Virus record (IMG/VR): IMGVR_UViG_3300036944_001324
Coordinates: 124,001-188,000 of that record
Reading direction: 5' to 3' (one strand)
Length of the DNA: 64,000 bases
Part shown: positions 27,862-37,388 of the stretch, piece by piece
Layout of the letters: each line of letters starts with the position of its first letter
Position numbering within the stretch: position 1 is the stretch's first letter
Translations under genes and position numbers: made by a program
The notes under the pieces: generated by a model
Database searches by the model: none
What the model was told of the DNA's origin: nothing
What the model saw: the letters and a program-made list of their open reading frames with translations, nothing else

Positions 27862-28902
27862 ATGGCAGCAAGGGATACTTCTTTTAATAGCGACCGCCAA
27901 GTCGTAGGCGGTAACTTGGCAGTCACTGTCGAGATGACTTCGCAGGAATACGATGCTGCGGTGAAGTCATTGATCCCGCACATCCTGGCGTATTTCGTTG
28001 ATGACTGCACGTTCTTCGTTGGTACCCCTTTTGGCCCCGACGTGGTTGCTACGGTAAATGTAGCACGTCTGGACAAAAACAAAAAGCTGCGCGGTCCCAC
28101 CATCAAAATCCGTACGCACGGTAGTCATGAGATCGAATGGGACGATGATCGCGAATACAACAAGTGGCGGTATTTTTCATACCGAACCATTTTCGAACGT
28201 TTGAGTGAAAACGGCACCAAGAAACCTCTTAGCGACAGCAACAAGGTCATCGCAGGTTTGATCGAGAAAATCAAAAATCCTGGTAAAACCAAAGACATCG
28301 GAAAGACCGTTAAGCTTGGTAATGCAATCGTTGATACGGGTGGAGTGGTGTTGACGCGACTGGGGGGTGGGATAATTATTAGGCCTTACAATACTCCCAA
28401 GATAGGGGATTCAAGCACAATACTTCAAGCGACCGAAGCCGATCGTATCCCGACACCGCCACTCATTGACCCACCAGCTAGTCAGCAGATGCCATCTATG
28501 CTGACTGAAATTGATGAGGTGTGCGCTTTTGTTGACGGGTATGAAAATACTGACGGGATTTCACCAACGGGGTTTGTCGACGGCAGTTGGCCGGGTTACG
28601 TCGTCTTTTCTACTCAGACACCAGAACTCGAAAATCGCTGGATCAATCTGGATACCGATTCTGAAGACGTCAATCTCGTTGAGATTACTACGTTCCTCAA
28701 CGACGTCATCAGGGACTGGCCGTTCTTGCCCGAAGGAGAGACCGACCTGCAGTGGACTTTTGCTTTCTGGGATAGAGACGGTGAAGATCGCGAGTTGATT
28801 GGTGTAGCGGAATCTTCCAACAAGAAGATCCAGTTCTACTGGTCTGCCCATGAAGATTGCATTTACGTCAAACCTTCTAACACGGGTCGCGTGAGCTTGT
28901 AA
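27862..28902 (+). CDS. Hypothetical two-domain protein
   Basis: 346 aa; basic N-half, Pro-rich linker, acidic C-domain. Framed hairpin follows at 28911-28957. Confidence 0.75.
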   Translation: MAARDTSFNSDRQVVGGNLAVTVEMTSQEYDAAVKSLIPHILAYFVDDCTFFVGTPFGPDVVATVNVARLDKNKKLRGPTIKIRTHGSHEIEWDDDREYNKWRYFSYRTIFERLSENGTKKPLSDSNKVIAGLIEKIKNPGKTKDIGKTVKLGNAIVDTGGVVLTRLGGGIIIRPYNTPKIGDSSTILQATEADRIPTPPLIDPPASQQMPSMLTEIDEVCAFVDGYENTDGISPTGFVDGSWPGYVVFSTQTPELENRWINLDTDSEDVNLVEITTFLNDVIRDWPFLPEGETDLQWTFAFWDRDGEDRELIGVAESSNKKIQFYWSAHEDCIYVKPSNTGRVSL

Positions 28903-28980
28903 GTGCTTCTAACAGCATAAAAAGAGAGCTTCCGCGAGGAAGCTCTCTTATGCCGTCTGTTTTTCTTTTTCTAGTCTAAC

Positions 28981-29007
28981 AAATTTCGAACATATATCAT
29001 CGTTGTG
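28981..29007 (+). promoter_or_regulatory. Putative phage early promoter
   Basis: AAATTTCGAACATATATCATCGTTGTG. Confidence 0.7.
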
Positions 29008-29057
29008 TATTACGTAATACACACTCTTTTTCATCAACGTTTTTAAAGGAAGTTGTC

Positions 29058-29885
29058 ATGTCGCTTATCCATACCCCCATCACTGCTTTCAAACCAGTGA
29101 CCGACGCACCTTTCGTTCCTGAAGCGCCGTTCAAGCTCGGCAAACAAGAGCACCCCAACTACACGTTGCTTTACAAAGACAAAGGCGAACCTACTGACGC
29201 GGATGATCCTTTTGCGATCGTCTTTTCGGTTGAAAGAGTAATACCTCGACCAGGTTACTACATGGCACCGCCTCCATTCGTCAGTAACAAAGAATCAGAG
29301 TGTTTGAAACATGGCAAAATCGGCATGATCAAACACCACACGTTGCCTCCGTTGTTTTACGTTACTGATTTTGAAAGTATCGAGGAAGCCATCGAACAGG
29401 TGGAATACTTCTTTTCTCTCAGTGAAACACAGCAGCTATTGCAGCTCAAGTACGAGAGATTTAACCGTTTCCTTGAACAAGATGTTCATCATGCACTGGT
29501 GAGTTACAAAGGCGCAATCGAAAACCTGGACTCTCGTACGAGTGAACTGCATGACCTTACCCGGCAGATTATCGAGCCTGCTAACACCTTGTTGAAAACT
29601 CTGGCGTTATATATCTCACCTTTTTCGCTTACTTGTTCGGCTTTTCAAAATACGAACTCGCACGGCAGTATCATCCTGTACGAACACGTGATGAGCCTTC
29701 AAATCGCTATACGTAATTTGATTCAGCAACTCGATCATCCTCTGCACTCTAATTCCGTCGCCATAGCGTACGGTGGTTTGCGACACGCTATTACGTGCTT
29801 GGAAGAGGTAGTGCAACGTCCTGCAAGGGAACCATCCTGGAATCAGAATGGTTCCCTTGCATCTCCATCTAAACAGCAGTGGTAA
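29058..29885 (+). CDS. Hypothetical protein
   Basis: 275 aa, SD AAGGA. Confidence 0.75.
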   Translation: MSLIHTPITAFKPVTDAPFVPEAPFKLGKQEHPNYTLLYKDKGEPTDADDPFAIVFSVERVIPRPGYYMAPPPFVSNKESECLKHGKIGMIKHHTLPPLFYVTDFESIEEAIEQVEYFFSLSETQQLLQLKYERFNRFLEQDVHHALVSYKGAIENLDSRTSELHDLTRQIIEPANTLLKTLALYISPFSLTCSAFQNTNSHGSIILYEHVMSLQIAIRNLIQQLDHPLHSNSVAIAYGGLRHAITCLEEVVQRPAREPSWNQNGSLASPSKQQW

Positions 29886-29910
29886 CAAATAAATATCACA
29901 CCATCGAGAT

Positions 29911-30609
29911 ATGAATCTGAGACAAAATATCTTTATCAACCGAGTCATTGGCCAGTGCCTTGATTTGGTTGGCTCCAATGACCATTGCGCGGTACTCTGG
30001 GGTAGTCGCGCTTTTGGTTACGCTACCGACAAGAGTGACTTTGACATCAACGTCATTCATGCGGGAAACAAAACGATGCGAATCGTTGTTACGTCGGAAG
30101 GTCAGAAATACGACTTGACCTTTGTTCCGCGCCGAAGCCTCTTTCGGGTGTATGCTGATTCCCCGGATCTGCTGCAACTGGTTCCTCTGGGCAAAATAAT
30201 CAGCACCTCCAACGGGCTGTCGCACAAAGCACTGGAGCAACGCATCCGCTCACCAGAGTGGAGACGCGAACTCCTGAAGCCTGTGAACCTCAACGCAGCG
30301 GCAGCTGTCGAGCCTCTGCAGGGTCAAACGCCTTCCGGGGTTCTTGGCACTTACCTGCGTCAAGTCTACGCTTACATGTTGCGTGAGCACATGCTCGGAC
30401 GTGACACGCTGCCTCTTACTGGCGTTAACATCCGTGTGCTGGCTGAGCACGTGGGTGGTCCCGTGCTAGTACATGACATCGAAAACGTCATCGCTTTCCG
30501 CGGTGACAACACGCTTTCTGGTGAACGTGCTACGGCTATTCTCGCGCTTTTAACGCGTTTGGTAAACCGGAACATTCAACCAGAACCTTTGCAAACACCA
30601 CAACCATGA
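29911..30609 (+). CDS. Pol-beta superfamily nucleotidyltransferase
   Basis: WGSRAFGYATDKSDFD (GS...DxD) plus a third Asp in KYDLTF. Confidence 0.75.
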   Translation: MNLRQNIFINRVIGQCLDLVGSNDHCAVLWGSRAFGYATDKSDFDINVIHAGNKTMRIVVTSEGQKYDLTFVPRRSLFRVYADSPDLLQLVPLGKIISTSNGLSHKALEQRIRSPEWRRELLKPVNLNAAAAVEPLQGQTPSGVLGTYLRQVYAYMLREHMLGRDTLPLTGVNIRVLAEHVGGPVLVHDIENVIAFRGDNTLSGERATAILALLTRLVNRNIQPEPLQTPQP

Positions 30610-31283
30610 AACTCAAGGCATATAACATGGAACCCATCGTTCACGCGCAGCTGCTGCGTTGCATTCCTCACCTTAAGACACTCGTCAAGTCTGCCGAGAT
30701 GAAGGTCTACTACATCGGTGGCAACGCTTTCGGTTACCCGCAAACGCATCACCGCCACGAGATCGTGGTTGTTCACGGCAAGACCCTCTGGGACCGCACC
30801 GAGATGAAATACCCGGATCATCCAGACATCGCTTTTGACGTCAAGATCGTTCCACGGTCGCACGTCATCGGGATGTTCTCATCTGGCCTGGGCAAGCTGA
30901 TCCCCATGGGTGAGCTGGTCTACGACAGCGGCGGTAAGCGTCTGGCTTTCATTGATGAGTTTCTGGCGTCTGAAGATTACGCCGAAGTGCTCAAACGCAA
31001 GCTGGTGCTGAACGCGACCGAGTTTGTTCGCACACAGAACACAGGTCTGTACTACATGCACATGTATGCTGATCTCGTTGCTTACCGCACGAAGCTCGCC
31101 GGTATTCGCGGTGTTGGCGAATGCATCGATTTGCGTGCTCTTGCGGAGGAGTACTCCGCCAACATGCTTGGTGATTTGGTGAACATCATCGACCGGCACA
31201 CATCTCTGTCGTTTGAAGAGTTCTACAACGAAGCTATCGCCTCCCTGAAGGACGCTAGCATTGAAGTGATCCATCCCGAGTAA
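30606..31283 (+). CDS. Degenerate nucleotidyltransferase paralogue
   Basis: ATGA overlap. IGGNAFGYPQTHHRHE aligns to the GS...DxD motif with catalytic residues replaced. Confidence 0.65.
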   Translation: MKLKAYNMEPIVHAQLLRCIPHLKTLVKSAEMKVYYIGGNAFGYPQTHHRHEIVVVHGKTLWDRTEMKYPDHPDIAFDVKIVPRSHVIGMFSSGLGKLIPMGELVYDSGGKRLAFIDEFLASEDYAEVLKRKLVLNATEFVRTQNTGLYYMHMYADLVAYRTKLAGIRGVGECIDLRALAEEYSANMLGDLVNIIDRHTSLSFEEFYNEAIASLKDASIEVIHPE

Positions 31284-31336
31284 TCCCTCTTATCAATTTC
31301 TGCAATCCCTTTTCCCTTTAGAAAGACTTTGAAATC

Positions 31337-32344
31337 ATGAATGCTTCCGTTTCTACTTCCTCTGCCAAGGGCCGCGTTGTTTGCTACATGGCCGGCGGTA
31401 CCGCCGTCAACATCTCCAAGGTGTTGGCTGAACAGTTCAAGAAACTCGATCTGGCGCCTGCTGCGCAAATCGATGTGGTGCTGATCGACACGTCGGATTC
31501 CAACCTCGTCAACGGCGCGTCTGACAAGATCTACCTGCTCAAGGGCCTGGATGGCTCCGGCAAGCTGCGTGCAGAAAATCACCCTGCAATCAGCCGTGCT
31601 ATTTTGGGCATTCTCGATGCACACCAGCCTGGTGATCTCAACATTGTCGTTAGCTCCCTGGGCGGCGGTAGTGGCTCGGTGATCGCTCCGGCGCTCGCAG
31701 GCGCTTTGCTTGCTCAAGACAAGCTGGTGATCGGCATGGGTGTGACGAACACCGACTCCGCGATCGAAGTGACCAACTCGGTCAAGACGATCAAGAGCTA
31801 CGAATCGATCGCCAAGAAGATCGGCAAGCCTATCGTTCTCTCGCTGTTCAAGAACAGCGCAGCTGACTCGTTCCAGAAGATCAACGAAGCCATCGTCTCG
31901 AACATCATCATGCTGTCGGTGCTGGCGTCTCGCAAGAACATCGGCCTGGACTCTGCAGACCTGCGCAACTGGCTGTACTACAACCGCGTGAGCAAGGCCC
32001 CGATCAAAGCGATGACGCTGGACATCACGCATTCCGAGTCGGTGGAACTGCCAGAAGGTGCACACCCCATCACCACCGCCACGCTGGCCCGCGAAGGTGC
32101 ATCCACCCGCCTGAACTGGACACCTGACTACCAGTGCGTCGGCTACGTGTCTACCGACGGCGAGAAGAAAGGCAACTTCGACAAGCCGCTGCACTTCACG
32201 GTCTGTGACGGTGAACTCGACCAGATCTTCAAGGAACTCGATGAACTGGAAAAGAAGCTGACAGCCAAAGCTGCAGCTCACCAGTACACGCCTGGCACCT
32301 TGAGCGGCAATGAAGACGTCCAAGACGACGGTACGGTGTTGTAA
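31337..32344 (+). CDS. phuZ: Phage tubulin PhuZ
   Basis: AGGTAVN, IDTS, GSGK, tubulin signature GGGSGS, D.ADL, and C-terminal DDGTVL. Confidence 0.95.
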   Translation: MNASVSTSSAKGRVVCYMAGGTAVNISKVLAEQFKKLDLAPAAQIDVVLIDTSDSNLVNGASDKIYLLKGLDGSGKLRAENHPAISRAILGILDAHQPGDLNIVVSSLGGGSGSVIAPALAGALLAQDKLVIGMGVTNTDSAIEVTNSVKTIKSYESIAKKIGKPIVLSLFKNSAADSFQKINEAIVSNIIMLSVLASRKNIGLDSADLRNWLYYNRVSKAPIKAMTLDITHSESVELPEGAHPITTATLAREGASTRLNWTPDYQCVGYVSTDGEKKGNFDKPLHFTVCDGELDQIFKELDELEKKLTAKAAAHQYTPGTLSGNEDVQDDGTVL

Positions 32345-32568
32345 TGGCGTCGTAAAGGGCCTTAAAAGCCCTTTACAGCGTTGTTGTCGATAAAGACATA
32401 CATAGAGATCAAGAGGAAAGAGAACGCGTTAAAAGGCGTTTTCTCCTCTTGGGCTTTATGCTGTCTTGGTAGTTGGATAAGTCCGGTTGTGGTGGTTTTT
32501 ATTAGACACAGAGAATGGTTTGAGGGAAAGGGAGCAGTTATGCTTTCTGACCTTTTAAGGAGAACGTC

Positions 32569-33093
32569 ATGATTGAAGGACTAGGCACGTATGGATCGAT
32601 CAGACCGATCCCTGCGTCCAAGAAACACTTGGTTATCCACCTGCTTGATCAGCTGGTAGTGCACCGTGATTATCTGCGGAGCATGCAGGATTGTTACTTT
32701 GACTCTGTTGGTGAATACAACTACGCACTGTGTTACGGCATTGCGACAGTTCTGTCACGCAACTATCACATTAACGCGTTTGCGGCGGGTGGTTTCGGTA
32801 AGCCTAACGTGGAGTTTACGACTGAGTTGTATTCGATGTACGAGCGCATCTGCTCCGAACATCAACTCAATCGTTCCATTATGGATGCGACAGGTACGCT
32901 GGACCTCGAGGTCCAGTTGAGCATCCGTGGGTTTCATTTGTACGCTGAGATCGTGACGTTCCCCTTTCATCCCATGCCTGCGGCACAAGTAGATCCTAGC
33001 GCACTCGCATTCGCTAAGGAATTCCTAGCTGCCGCTTCTCAATCCACCATCCAGAGACTTATCACTAACCATGCAACTCGTCACCCGCGATAA
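32569..33093 (+). CDS. Hypothetical protein (post-PhuZ block)
   Basis: SD AAGGAG. Confidence 0.75.
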   Translation: MIEGLGTYGSIRPIPASKKHLVIHLLDQLVVHRDYLRSMQDCYFDSVGEYNYALCYGIATVLSRNYHINAFAAGGFGKPNVEFTTELYSMYERICSEHQLNRSIMDATGTLDLEVQLSIRGFHLYAEIVTFPFHPMPAAQVDPSALAFAKEFLAAASQSTIQRLITNHATRHPR

Positions 33094-33856
33094 CTTAATC
33101 GATGTCTGTTCACTGCAAACCACGCCCGAGACGGACATCAAGGAGCTCATGAAGCCAGTGAGCGTCCTGCGCTTGCGGGTGGATGAGTCCTACCAGGCAG
33201 GTATCGAGCGATTGAGCGTCGCCATGATCGAACCTTCCCTGAAAATGACCAATTCTGAACGTAATTGGACAATTTATCAGAAAGACAAGCATGCTATTGC
33301 GGAGACCGCCGGCGAACAGCTGTACGTCACTCCGTGGACTTTGGACAGCATGGGTAGCTTCGAATACCTCAAAAGTGAGCTCTTGAAGGGTAAGGTACTC
33401 ACCGTCGTCCAGCAAGATGGTTTCAGAATCATCGCCAGGGCAAGCGACATTGACGATCTGGTAGTCGTCAAAGACACTGAAGATCTTTGGAACCGGGCTT
33501 GTGCCGGTTACATGGACAACCTCGTTCTCACGATGGTTAACTGGAGTTATAAGGCACGACGCCAGTCGCGCCTGACACCCCTACTCGTTGACGAGCTTCT
33601 GAATGTAGGTATTGATTCGACTTCTGGCGAAACAGTACAAGTCCATTCTGAGGAATACTTCAACGACACAATGCGTGAACTCATCGCACCTATCGCGAGT
33701 GAAGTTACTGACTTTGTACGTCAAGATCCATGGGCGTACTACAGTGTTCAACATGACCGTCTTGGCATCAACGTGACCCGTCACCGTGATGTCAGAGCGC
33801 TCATCTGGAACAAAGCCATCATGGACCAGTTAGAACAAGAAGAGCTCAACCAGTAA
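33071..33856 (+). CDS. Hypothetical protein (post-PhuZ block)
   Basis: 261 aa with C-terminal DPW...DVR.L.W; framed hairpin follows at 33877-33910. Confidence 0.75.
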   Translation: MQLVTRDNLIDVCSLQTTPETDIKELMKPVSVLRLRVDESYQAGIERLSVAMIEPSLKMTNSERNWTIYQKDKHAIAETAGEQLYVTPWTLDSMGSFEYLKSELLKGKVLTVVQQDGFRIIARASDIDDLVVVKDTEDLWNRACAGYMDNLVLTMVNWSYKARRQSRLTPLLVDELLNVGIDSTSGETVQVHSEEYFNDTMRELIAPIASEVTDFVRQDPWAYYSVQHDRLGINVTRHRDVRALIWNKAIMDQLEQEELNQ

Positions 33857-33980
33857 GAGCTACAAAACAAGTAATCGGCATAAAGGGCTGCGCTCACGCA
33901 GCCCACCTATAACAATTTCAATTTACTAAAAAAGGGGAAGACAATGTTGTCTGTTTATACGTAGTTACAAGGAGTTGATC

Positions 33981-34457
33981 ATGATCGATCAAAAAATCAT
34001 TTCGGTAGATAATCGCGGCATCATCCGCGACTTGGTGATGCGCATTGCTGGTGAGAGTTACACCCGAGAGCTTGGCCCGATCGGTCAGTTCTTTGATGAT
34101 CACTACAAGGATGTGTTTTCCATCATCAACAATCACTACGTCGCGCAGCTGTCTCACGGCCGCAACGTCAACATGGCGAGCGTAGAACAGCAAGTTAACG
34201 CTCTGGTGACCACACACATGTGTCGGTATTTTCCCAGCATGACGCTCAACGACATGCGGTCAGCCACGCAGGTGTTTATGGAAGTACTCGCCAACGCATT
34301 CAACAGTCGCGTACCCTCGAACCTTGGTGTTTGGGATAAATGCGAACTTCTTGACTTGAACATGGATACGTATGTTGTCAACTGCACACGCCAAACCACA
34401 GAGCGACAGACAAGTGCTCCAGGATCAGGGGTTTTTATCCACCCGATCAACGCTTGA
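33981..34457 (+). CDS. Hypothetical protein
   Basis: SD AAGGAG before ATG 33981. Confidence 0.75.
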   Translation: MIDQKIISVDNRGIIRDLVMRIAGESYTRELGPIGQFFDDHYKDVFSIINNHYVAQLSHGRNVNMASVEQQVNALVTTHMCRYFPSMTLNDMRSATQVFMEVLANAFNSRVPSNLGVWDKCELLDLNMDTYVVNCTRQTTERQTSAPGSGVFIHPINA

Positions 34458-34851
34458 AAACGCGCTGACTTTCCCCACACAGGCCAAACCCAGTGGCGAG
34501 AAAGAACGGGTATTGCTCGTAGACGTTTGCGAGCTGTATATCCGGTTAAGAACAAGCGACGAGTTCAAACTTCTGCGAACATTCATACCAGAGGTGTTTT
34601 TGTTCGACACGTGTCACGACTATGATAATTTCTATCATCTGTTGGCGGACATGAAAAGCAACACCGAGCTAGCTGGGGATGATCTTGTTCTTGACGACAA
34701 GACCTACGACGAGCTAGAGTATCAGGGTTCGAAGTTTGTGGAGCTATACCTTAACAGTTTCATAATGCCAGAAGTCAACCGAGTAGCCGGTCAAGGGACA
34801 TACATGGTGCACGGGATGACTATCAGTCAACAGGTTGTGATCACTTATTGA
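34372..34851 (+). CDS. Hypothetical protein (start uncertain)
   Basis: Acidic ORF overlapping the previous gene. Confidence 0.6.
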   Translation: MLSTAHAKPQSDRQVLQDQGFLSTRSTLENALTFPTQAKPSGEKERVLLVDVCELYIRLRTSDEFKLLRTFIPEVFLFDTCHDYDNFYHLLADMKSNTELAGDDLVLDDKTYDELEYQGSKFVELYLNSFIMPEVNRVAGQGTYMVHGMTISQQVVITY

Positions 34852-35114
34852 CCAGATGGAAAGGACAAAAAAGATGGAACCCAGTAAGCGTCGCTGGTAA
34901 GCGTGAGGTCTCGTAATTCCGGTTGCGACCAATGCCTAATATCGGGTGTTGGAGCAACCGGGCCTTATGCCGATTAAATGGATGGTAAGGATAGATTAGT
35001 CAGTGGTTGCTGGTTTATCCCTACCATCCGAACATCTTTGACTAGTTCTGCAATTTCTTTTGACTGGCACATCCATCCATTTGAGTGAACGTACGCAAAC
35101 GAAAGAAATGCTCA

Positions 35115-35717
35115 ATGCAACCACTACAACCAACACCCTTGAAAGATCTGACGGCCGACCCAAGGTTCAGACATGTCATCAATCTCCCGATGACCGGCCT
35201 GATATCCGTGGCTGAAGACCCAATTAAATCGAATGATCCGTGGACGGCGTGGGGACAAAAACAAATCTGGCCACCTACTGAAAGTGTCTACAAAAAGCCA
35301 CTGGATCATCTTCTCGTCATCCGTGAGTACAGGCTCATGGAGATCATCAAAGAGCTCAAGCACGTCCTCATGGACACAGCTGATAACTCGCGTTGTTACG
35401 CTGGGCAGTATCTCGACATCCCTGTTATCGATATGGTGGCGATGCTTGAGTACCTATGCAGTGACCTAGACAAAATGATAGCCGGCGAAATGTCGGTATC
35501 TGGATCAGTTACCCAATACGTTCTGACGGAAGTACTTGACCATGACGCTGAGTTCACTGTGCTGCTTCGCAGTGTTATGGACTTAGTTCAAGAACTTCTT
35601 CAGATTTTGTGTCGCTCTGTATTAGAACACCCGATTGACCATTATGCACCTCACAGATACGAATTACAAGAAGTACTACCCTCTGGAGGGGTTGTGCTCC
35701 GAAGGTTTGATCTCTAA
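35115..35717 (+). CDS. Hypothetical protein
   Basis: ORF in the small-gene block upstream of the DNA polymerase. Confidence 0.7.
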   Translation: MQPLQPTPLKDLTADPRFRHVINLPMTGLISVAEDPIKSNDPWTAWGQKQIWPPTESVYKKPLDHLLVIREYRLMEIIKELKHVLMDTADNSRCYAGQYLDIPVIDMVAMLEYLCSDLDKMIAGEMSVSGSVTQYVLTEVLDHDAEFTVLLRSVMDLVQELLQILCRSVLEHPIDHYAPHRYELQEVLPSGGVVLRRFDL

Positions 35718-36165
35718 GATCACCATCGTTGATTTCACAGAACTTGAGCCACTGATCGAAGACATTCAGTGGCTGTTCGATGAGACCATCAGCATCGAAG
35801 CTCTGGTAGGCGATTACATCGCCGCGTATACCGAGCTTGGTGAGAACATCTCATCGGCGTTAGAAGACCAAGTCATGGAACAAATTACCAACTTCTTGTT
35901 GCAAGACTACGAAGACGGTGGGTTGTTCACTGCGGTCGCAGCAAAAGGCATGCCATCTGTCAGCAAGACTTTGCGACTGATCTTCCAACTCATCCACTTT
36001 ATCTTGAAAGATAACGAAATCGAGTTGGATGACGAGCCTCCGTGGGAGCTGGTTGGTATGCGTGGCCAAAGTCACGTCATCTTCGGCCAAGAGAAAACTA
36101 CACTGTCTGCAGCCCACTCTGCGGCACTTCAGACGCAACTCCAGGATTCGGTAGATGGAAACTAG
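35635..36165 (+). CDS. Hypothetical acidic protein (start uncertain)
   Basis: ORF overlapping both neighbours. Confidence 0.6.
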   Translation: MTIMHLTDTNYKKYYPLEGLCSEGLISKITIVDFTELEPLIEDIQWLFDETISIEALVGDYIAAYTELGENISSALEDQVMEQITNFLLQDYEDGGLFTAVAAKGMPSVSKTLRLIFQLIHFILKDNEIELDDEPPWELVGMRGQSHVIFGQEKTTLSAAHSAALQTQLQDSVDGN

Positions 36166-36529
36166 GCTTGTTCCTAAAACCAAAGACAACGAAATCGTCG
36201 TGGTGAACTTTCCAGGCTGGCAACGCTACCTGGACATCTGCATCATGACGCGAGAAAGCACGGGTCGATTGATACTCTCTCGTCTCATTGACTACTGCAG
36301 TAATAACTTTCAAAACAGTATTGCTCAGTTTGACAAGCTCTCTCAGCTCAGTGAATTCAATCCCCATGGTCTTCCTGATCTGGCTGACAACATTATGGGA
36401 CTGGGAGTAGACGTGTATTTCACTTGTTTCGAGAATGAGCTCTTTGAGCTCGGATACGCTCGTGATCTGCCGTTTGAATTAGCCCATGTCGGACCCCACA
36501 GACTCTATCTGCGGCGTCTTATCTTCTAA
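36155..36529 (+). CDS. Hypothetical protein
   Basis: 124 aa ORF. Confidence 0.7.
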   Translation: METRLVPKTKDNEIVVVNFPGWQRYLDICIMTRESTGRLILSRLIDYCSNNFQNSIAQFDKLSQLSEFNPHGLPDLADNIMGLGVDVYFTCFENELFELGYARDLPFELAHVGPHRLYLRRLIF

Positions 36530-36597
36530 CCTCTATACAACCACCTCCACGATCCTTGACGGGTCTGGAGGTGGTTGTAGTTGATTCTTTTTCTTTT

Positions 36598-36993
36598 ATG
36601 TACGATTTCAAAATTGGTGTCCGGTACAACTTGCAATTTCGTGGTGCTCCCATTTTGGGGACGGGACTGAAGAACGCGAGGATGTGCGGTGTTGTTGACT
36701 ACCGCGTAGCGTCCAACGAAAGCAACGTGACTACGCAGCACTCGAACATGATTCCTTATCTGGAAGCCACTGTTCAGCACGATCCCACGGTTTTGAGCTA
36801 CGTGCTCTTTGAAACCGAGTCGGGTGCACGGGCAGCATATGCCTATCCGTGGATCATTGAGTCATCCATCGAGATTGCTCAAAACAAAACACTGACGTTC
36901 ACCGTGCCTGGCGGCTCAGCCGATGACGCGCAACGTATCAAGGACATCCTGTCTTCTGCAGGTTGGAAGAACATCACGTTCACCCTGACCTGA
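36598..36993 (+). CDS. Conserved phiKZ-like protein (gp49-like)
   Basis: ATG 36598; PILG...H...PYL...PWI motifs; immediately upstream of the DNA polymerase subunit. Confidence 0.7.
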   Translation: MYDFKIGVRYNLQFRGAPILGTGLKNARMCGVVDYRVASNESNVTTQHSNMIPYLEATVQHDPTVLSYVLFETESGARAAYAYPWIIESSIEIAQNKTLTFTVPGGSADDAQRIKDILSSAGWKNITFTLT

Positions 36994-37281
36994 TTAGTGG
37001 CGTGGTGGTTTTTGTCCATTAATGAATAAAGACCATAGCGCTACTAATGGTATGCAGAAGAAACTCAATCGCGATTCGATCTCGTATCGATGGTACGGCC
37101 TCACGCCCTTCGTCCACAGTTGCTGCCACCCTTAACTCGCACACACTTCTTTTTTCCTTTCTTGATGTGGTGTCGTAGAACAAGTGTGGCGTCAAACGGT
37201 CATGGTCCCGAGGTGAGAGTTTGTTTTGTGCCTGCCTCTGAACGCCAGCCCGACTTGTTCGAGGCTGGCGTTTATGCCGTC
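36994..37281 (+). ncRNA. Candidate structured 3' RNA / ncRNA
   Basis: About 290 nt without a credible ORF; ATTAGTGGCG/CGCTACTAAT helix; ends in a hairpin plus TTTATGCCGTC. Confidence 0.3.
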
Positions 37282-37388
37282 TTTTCGTTTTATGGTATTG
37301 TTTACCATGTGGTTGAGTCTTTTGTCAGCAAGAACGCATGTTGTGTTACGCAGAGCGTCTGCGGTCTTTTCTTGATTCAGCAAAAGTA

